17,571 nucleotides of DNA, taken from the NCBI GenBank assembly GCA_016748015.1, contig JAAOMT010000498.1, positions 1-17,571 of the forward strand. The letters run 5' to 3'. Each line of letters starts with the position of its first letter. The first letter of the stretch is position 1. The notes beneath the pieces were generated by a model. It was not told where the DNA came from. It searched no databases and worked only from the letters and a program-made list of their open reading frames with translations. The translations under genes and the position numbers were made by a program. This DNA comes from Geosiphon pyriformis uo1. Its lineage: Eukaryota; Fungi; Glomeromycota. Positions 10,981-17,571 of the stretch are shown piece by piece.

Positions 10981-11994
10981 TTAAATTTTGGTACTAAGCG
11001 TGACTTCAACCTCATCCCTCCACCAAACCATACATCCTCTCCAAACTTCTTCACTTTCAACCTTTAACAACTTTCCTTGTTCCATTAAATACTTCAAAAA
11101 CGCTGGATTTTGTTCTTCAAAAATTAATTTTTTTTCTAATTTTAACATTCGGGAGCTATGATATAGCAAAATACAGTCGTCTGGAATTTGAGAATTAGAT
11201 TCAAAAGATACGAGGGTTGTGAATTCGTTGAATGTAGCCTCTCGTGGAATCGTTAGTCTCAGGATGTTAGAAGTACACCAATATAAGTGGACGGTGATTG
11301 TAATTGCTGACGAACCAAATTGAGATAAGATCGTTGATAAAGTAAATATAGAGTTCATTAACTCGTTAGACATTGAAGATGTGGTGGTGTTGGTGTTGGT
11401 GCTGGTGGTACGTCCTCTGGATATTTGGTTATTATTAAAACGAAATCCTCCTGGTTTGAGAGTAACTTCTGGAGCAAGGTTTGATCTCATGTTTTCAAAA
11501 AATGTTGACATTGATATTGTTGACATGCAGCTACTTTCTAATTCTGATTGAACATCTGTACTAAGACTATAGTTTGACCAGCTTCTCTGACTTTCATCGC
11601 GAAAAAATGTTGGTGAGCCAAATAACGTTGTTGTGGCCGAGATGGGGGATTCTTCATCGGTTTCAGAATTTTTATTGAAACTAATAGGGGAGGGTATTCG
11701 ATCCTCTTCATCATTGATATTTTTAGTTGGTTTGATGGTGGCAAGAAGTTTTTTATCTTTTTCGAACGCAAAGGTCGATGAAAAATTTTCCATTTGAACG
11801 ATTTCAGTTTTTTCTGTTGATTTCTTTGATTCCTGAGATTTTTGGCTATTAGGGGAATTATTTGGCTTTCCTTCAAAATATGCGGGAATTTGGTCATTAT
11901 GTTCAAAGTTACTTGTTGCAAGTGTTAATTTTGGAGGAGATTTTTTAGTCTTTATATTAGTGTTTGTTCGAAGATTGAAATGCCTTGGTTTCAT
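10981..11994 (-). CDS. Hypothetical protein, about 337 aa: disordered Ser/Thr/Pro-rich N-terminal two-thirds plus a compact C-terminal domain (possibly PB1/ubiquitin-like)
   Basis: Long intronless ORF in AT-rich DNA. The first ATG is at 11994 (MKPRHF...). The ORF-track extension to 12105 starts at TTG and runs through a (CTTT)n tract, so it is probably 5' UTR. A TATAAA sequence lies upstream on the minus strand at about 12186-12191. Confidence 0.8.
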   Translation of the reverse strand: MKPRHFNLRTNTNIKTKKSPPKLTLATSNFEHNDQIPAYFEGKPNNSPNSQKSQESKKSTEKTEIVQMENFSSTFAFEKDKKLLATIKPTKNINDEEDRIPSPISFNKNSETDEESPISATTTLFGSPTFFRDESQRSWSNYSLSTDVQSELESSCMSTISMSTFFENMRSNLAPEVTLKPGGFRFNNNQISRGRTTSTNTNTTTSSMSNELMNSIFTLSTILSQFGSSAITITVHLYWCTSNILRLTIPREATFNEFTTLVSFESNSQIPDDCILLYHSSRMLKLEKKLIFEEQNPAFLKYLMEQGKLLKVESEEVWRGCMVWWRDEVEVTLSTKI

Positions 11995-12059
11995 ATTGTG
12001 TGGTAAAATTACAATTAAGTCTAAATGTCTTTTAAAGATGTCGTGAGATATGAAAAAGT

Positions 12060-12083
12060 AAAGAAAGAAAGAAAGAAAGAAAG
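12060..12083. repeat. (AAAG)6 microsatellite, i.e. a CT-rich tract in the likely 5' UTR of the minus-strand gene
   Basis: Read directly from the sequence. Confidence 0.9.
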
Positions 12084-13240
12084 AATCTATTAATTGGAGA
12101 TTCAAATGAATTTCAGTACTTTGTAAAGAATTTTTGGAACTAAAAAGAGTTTAACATTTATTCAGCTTTGAAATGACGTACAGTATTTATAAAAAATCAA
12201 CCAATATTAACTCTCAATCAAACAATAACAGTGGTAGACAAAAAGCTGATGGGCTTTAATCAAAGACATTGTTTGTCTAATGTAATCAAAATTTTTATTT
12301 TGTGATATCATAAATCGGTCAAACCTTTTATAAAATGACGAAATCCTTGATCTCAAGTTCTTTAGTACTAATGCAATCAAAAAGTTTGGCACACTTATTG
12401 ATCTTATCATGATAATTTATAAGAAACAATAGAAAGTTTTTACTATTCAGTAACAATATAAAAATTGAGAGACATGATTGTAATATTGAAAGTAATAGCA
12501 ATATATAATATAAATAGTGGGGTTTATTGAAAATTTTATACCAAAATAAGTAGATTGCAAGAATATTTTCTAAAATCTTTAATTAAAAAGGAGTGTAATA
12601 TAATAGTAAATTTGAATATACCTTGATAAATATTTAAAGTTTAATTTTTATCTTTTCATATTTTTGAATATTAAAATAATATTGAAAGAGCTTTAAGTAA
12701 AAATTGCAAAAAGAAAAAAAATTCAATCTTTGAATGATCATTAATAGGAATAATATGTATTAATATCATTATTTAGTCATATAAATTTTTAAAAGAGCAA
12801 AAAAGTTGTTAAGTATTCAAAATTAAAATCAATAAAATTAATTTCTTAACTTTTAAATCACTTAATCGTTTTAAATATAGAAAAAAATTAGAGTTGTTTA
12901 AAAAAATTATAACTTTTGCAAACTTGATAAATTCAATTTTATAAAAATAATTTATTGAAATTTAATTTTTAAGAAATATTTGTTTATGAACAAAACATTT
13001 CTATTTTATCATAAAACAATCTAAATTTTAGAAGGAATAGAGTCAATTAATAAAAATAATTTTAGTTAAATAAATTTCTAAAGTTTTTCAAAATGTAATT
13101 TTTAATTAAAGTTATTTGATAGTTTAGATCTAAAGGCTTTAAACATAAGCCAACATAAAAATAAAAAGATTATTATTTTATTAAATAAATTGACTGATAC
13201 TTATTTTAAACTTTGAGTTATAATCTAAAGATAACTTTTT

Positions 13241-13295
13241 ATTTATTTATTTATTTATTTATTTGTTTGTTTGTTTGTTTGTTTGTTTATTTATT
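13241..13295. repeat. Compound microsatellite (ATTT)6(GTTT)6(ATTT)
   Basis: Read directly from the sequence. Confidence 0.9.
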
Positions 13296-13961
13296 ATATA
13301 ATTAATTTCTTAGCCTTACAAATTATTTAGTGAGTACTTATATTTCAAACCTATTTTTCTTATAAACGAATAATTTTTAAATAAAAAAATATTTAATATT
13401 GAAATATAAGATTTGTTAATCAAGTTATAAATTATATAATAATTATGTTAATTAATTTTAAATCCCTTTTTTGTTATTCATAGTTTTTTATCTTATAGCA
13501 TAATAAGATATCAATTTTTTTTGAAAATTTTTAATTGGCTAATTGATTTTATCGTAAATTATTTAATTAAATATACCCTATTTTTAATGTAAAATTACAT
13601 ATTTATTTCATAATTAAACCTGAAACTTTATTAAAACTTGTGTAATTTTTCAAATTCAACAATATAAAAATTTGAATTTCAATTATTCACAAGAGATAGC
13701 TTCTTTAAACACGGCTAAATAATTGATTATCTTTTTACATAAACTAAAAACTCAAAATGTCTATTTCAATTTAAGGAACCACATTTTTGAACCTAAATTT
13801 TACTATTTCAATATAAACAACTAATTTATAACACAGAAGGCTAAATTTCAAATTAATAAGAAATTGAATTTAAGAAGCTAAAAAATGTTTACATGAAACT
13901 ACAACAATCACAAAATATTTTAACCTATTTACACTGATATTCTGTGGGAATGCGCAATTTA

Positions 13962-14478
13962 TTAACATTGAGATGGTGGGCTGTTAGGATTATAGATTCC
14001 GTTGATCTTGGCGCCAGGGAATTGTTTAGATTGGGAACCATCTTTAGTCCGGACAAGAACTGTGAGATCATATGAACCACTTTTGTCGTTTGGTAAATTT
14101 AAACTCCAGGGGACTTGACCAGATGCAGTGATGGGTACTGCGCCTGTCCATTGATTAGTGGTAGAACCGTTCGCATCGACCAAGTCAATACTGGTTATGT
14201 TTAGTCCACTACTTTCTCCCCCTTCGAATGAAACTTGATAACATTGACCTGAGTTCAAAAATTGAGATAAAAAGGAATTGAGACTTTAAAAATACAGAAA
14301 TATGTAATAAGAGTGAGGAAAACTACAACTACTAAAAAAAAAACGTACCATCAGTCCATGGACCAACAGTTCCAGTTGGTGAAGTGATACGGAAACCGGT
14401 GAATGAGTCTCGTGCTACAAGAGGTGCAGCAAAACTTGAAGCGACGAACAAAAGTAAGATGGTAATAAAAGTTTTCAT
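13962..14478 (-). CDS. Small secreted protein, 138 aa, probably an Ig-like beta-sandwich (reminiscent of the Kre9/KNH-like N-terminal domain); exons 14478-14349 and 14248-13962
   Basis: ATG at 14478, and an intron at 14348-14249 (GTACGT...CTCAG) joins the exons in frame: MKTFITILLLFVASSFAAPLVARDSFTGFRITSPTGTVGPWTDGQCYQVSFEGG...YNPNSPPSQC*. It has a classic signal peptide (SFA-AP) and a short propeptide ending in R. There are two Cys and NxS/T sequons (NIT, NGS). A TATA-like TATAAAA lies at about 14565-14571 on the minus strand. Confidence 0.88.
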
Positions 14479-15509
14479 TTTTAGTTGATATTTTAGAATC
14501 TTTTTTCCAAAGTAAAGTTTGAATAGGGAGCTGAGATAATTAAATTTTTTTCAAACTCTGTCCTTTTTTATAAGCAAACGAAAATTGTTCCTTTCCTTTA
14601 TCCAATATTATTGCGGCCATCCATTGAAAGCATAAGTTATTTTTTGAATCATTTTTAAAGCCAAAAATCAAGAAAATTTCTATATTTTGATGATTTTTTT
14701 GCAGAAAATCCGTCACCAGGTTAAGAAATTGAGGCTTCTAAAAGAATTGATTGACAAGGCGCAATAATCTATTTATATAAGGAAATTGGCTGCAAATCAG
14801 TTATGGCACAGGTCAACTTCCCAGGCTAGGATAAATAGTTTATAAAAAAATCGTGACAGAGGAAGCTTAAATGTATTTTTGCTTAGATTCCATTAATAAG
14901 CATTTGGGGTCATCTCTAAACGCATTATGGTAAAGTACCATTTTCAAAAAAGTGAAGGAATCTCGATTTTGACAATTAAAGAAAGAATAATTGAAAGCGC
15001 CCTGCTCTTGATTCTGAATGAAAACTTGATTTTTCCCTATAAGAAGGTTTTCTCTGCCTCAAATTTAAAGAGATTTAGTATGTTTTTGGAAACGGCATGA
15101 CCAAAATTCTAAGCCTATTTGCTATGCCTTTCTGACAATATATTTTTTATCCCTATTCATGTTTTTACTTGATTTGGTTATTTTTTTTAATAATTTATTT
15201 ACCGACACTTGATTTACTTTCTTTTGATCATTGCCCTGCCACCATCCCTGTTTTTAGAGCGTCGTATATTGATCTAATTTGTATTTCCCCACATTACGTA
15301 TCCTGCTGGTATAATAATATAATAATTCGGTTTTTGCCGCTGCATTTCCAGTTCATAAATGCGAAAAAAATTACAAAGATTTAGTATATTAAATTAAATT
15401 CAGTAATGCTAATTTTTGTATCTCTTTGAATTATTTTTTAATGCTAAATAAAATGATATTCAAAAAATATCAGGTTTAATTATTTTCAAATTTATTGAAA
15501 AGAGTTAAT

Positions 15510-17571
15510 TGAAAAAAAACTTTTATTCTTAATAGTAAATATATTTTTCTTAACAATTATAAAAAGTAAATTGATTAAAAGCAAAATTAATTAAATTTAA
15601 ACTTAAATATAATTACAATTTATTTAGAAATACATATCATCAACATCGATTTTATTGTAAAAAAGGAAACACTGAAAAAATGAAAAACTAAAATAATAGA
15701 GACTCATAATGAAAAATTTTAAAAAAATTATTTTTAACCTTATTAAAAATAAAAATAGTTGAACTGGTTAATTCATCAAAATTTAAAAATTTTATTTTTG
15801 CATAGATTAAATCTATTATCTTATTTATGTTGAATAATATTTTAATTTTATAATTTATTAATAAATTCTAGATTTAATTAAATTCACTTTATTTAGAACT
15901 AAATCCTTGTTTATATATCAAAAATTATTTATATTTTTTGTGTCATAATAATTAATTCTATCTTCAAAAACTATTCATTTATTAGAAGCTTTTGATTTTT
16001 TTTAAAAAAGTTAAAACAAAAGATATCTGGATTACTATAGATATGTTTTAATTAAATGGCAACAATTTAGGCTGAAACTTTATTATTTTGAAACAATTCA
16101 TCTATCTTACTAAATGTTTGGTAACAAACAAAGTTTAATAAAATCTACATTTTTTATTTATTTTCTTAAATAATACTAAAAAACCTTGATATTTTTTATA
16201 ACAATTTTGACATTAATATATCACTTTCATTATATCTTAACATAAAACAAATGTTTTGGATAAGTTTAAAATCAGATAAGCAAAAAGAAAATTCGTTTAA
16301 TATGCTAATAAACCAATGTGAATAACCAATCTTTTAATTGAATGATAGGAAGTTTTTCGTTTTGAGTTATATAACCAGAAAACATTTAATAATTTAATAA
16401 AGCAAAACAATAATTCTTGCAAAAAAATATCTTTATATTTATTCTATATTAAAATATTTGAAATTGCTATTAAAAATGGAGTCTTAATCTTTTTTCTAAT
16501 GATTAGTTGAAGAATTCGAAAGAGCATCATAAAAACTAATCATTAAATTATTTGAATACTGCTTTGTTTCAGAGTGATGAGATAAAGAAACTCCCATCGT
16601 TTCGGAATCTTTAACTGCTGTCGAACCTAGCGATGGTAATACTGATAAATCAGATGAAAGTCTTTTATGTAGGAAACGTTAGTTGTAGATATATGCTAAA
16701 GCGGTTGCCCAACCCCCAGAATTAATGCTCTATTTTATTTTTTAATTAAGGGTATAAATAATAAATCCCAATAGAAGTTATCTAGAATTAAAAAAATCTA
16801 TCTTACTCAACTTATATTGACAAAATAAATTTGAGATTAACAAAACTTACTTTAAAGCTATTAAAAAGGAAGTTAAAAAGAACGAGTGGTAGCTAAATAT
16901 TTGAAGAAATTTATACAAAACAATGTTAATTACTGTTTTAAAAAATTGTTTTCTTTTTAAACGAAACTACTTGCCCATTGAATTAAATATATTATAACAT
17001 AAGAAGCAATCTTTTTAGTTATAATATTTTCTAAATTTCTTCACCGATAACTTAAGTGTAGATCAGATAATTCATGTCGATTCCGAAAAATGCAAACTAA
17101 AGTCCCGATGAAAGATAATAATGTGATAAAGATTGGGATCAGGGTTGAGAATATACCTACTATAAGATACAAAAATCGATCTTCTTTTCCACCACACCTA
17201 AAAATTATTTCTTTAGTTAGAGATATAGGAGTTAAGTTTTTTTAGTCTCAGGTTATCCTATTTTAACATACCAGCGTGTTAAACGTCCATAGCCATCATC
17301 GAGCCGAGGAATAATTGTAAAAATCATTAGAATATTAATAATAATAAATAATCTACGATCATAACGTCCTAATTCCCAGTTAATTAGATGGACAACTTTA
17401 AAATGAGGTTGGGTAAGTTATTTTTTAGTTAAAAATGAATCATCAGATTCCTAAATTCATATTCAAACAAATTTAGTCGAATAAATCATTTACCTTTCAT
17501 ATAGGTTAAAACTGAAATGACTACATATAAATATCTATTCCAACTATAAAAAATATCTTTAAATAAACCAA
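15510..17571 (-). repeat. Right arm of the inverted segmental duplication
   Basis: Reverse-complement homolog of 1 to about 2330. It lacks about 65 bp matching left about 825-890 and about 210 bp matching left about 1262-1470. Confidence 0.95.
16460..17543 (-). pseudogene. Disrupted paralog of the 7TM GPCR-like gene
   Basis: Same exon layout as the left copy. CGA>TGA at 17043-17041 (..LHLSYR*RNLEN..) and GAA>TAA at 16681-16679 (INSGGWATALAYIYN*). A deletion near 16750-16760 removes the end of the penultimate exon and its GT donor. Confidence 0.85.

Noticed and set aside
11538-12410. ORFs 11538-11921 (-) and 12207-12410 (-)
   Set aside because: The first is an alternative frame inside the real gene. 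The second overlaps its promoter region and lacks coding features.
15169-15384. ORF 15169-15384 (+) in a slightly GC-richer patch next to the right arm
   Set aside because: It has a TTG start and no motif, and the opposite-strand frames contain stops. It cannot be supported as a gene.
1-17571. Linear plasmid, virus, Polinton or giant DNA transposon with terminal inverted repeats
   Set aside because: The 'TIRs' begin mid-gene inside an intron and consist of host-type exons plus 3' flank. No protein-primed polymerase, capsid, integrase, transposase or tyrosine recombinase is visible inside.
1-17571. CRISPR array, rRNA, tRNA or telomeric repeats
   Set aside because: No regularly spaced repeat-spacer units, structural RNA signatures or TTAGGG-type terminal arrays were seen; the tandem repeats are simple microsatellites.

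Overview
AT-rich eukaryotic nuclear DNA, most likely fungal. The GT/GC-AG introns and the protein family styles resemble Glomeromycota/Mucoromycota, which is an inference. The two ends of the window are one long inverted duplication (about 1-2330 vs about 15510-17571). It is base-for-base identical for the outermost 363 bp, then drops abruptly to about 93% and lower. The repeat is not a transposon TIR. It holds the 3' exons of a multi-exon 7TM/GPCR-like gene that the ORF track mostly misses. The left (+) copy is open, while the right (-) copy has two nonsense codons and a deletion of a splice donor. Between the arms are a 76-bp TA-flanked Tc1/mariner-type MITE, decayed coding-like relics, and a frameshifted, truncated Fanzor2/IS607-TnpB-like RuvC fragment (about 5337-5745). 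There is also a two-exon F-box/LRR-like gene, a Ser/Thr-rich gene with a possible PB1/ubiquitin-like C-terminus, a two-exon small secreted protein gene, and two AT-rich blocks that look like decayed copies of one repeat. The best candidate for an undescribed system is an invertible segment of about 17 kb that could swap an intact and a dead receptor 3' half. Assembly collapse or gene conversion would explain the same pattern.
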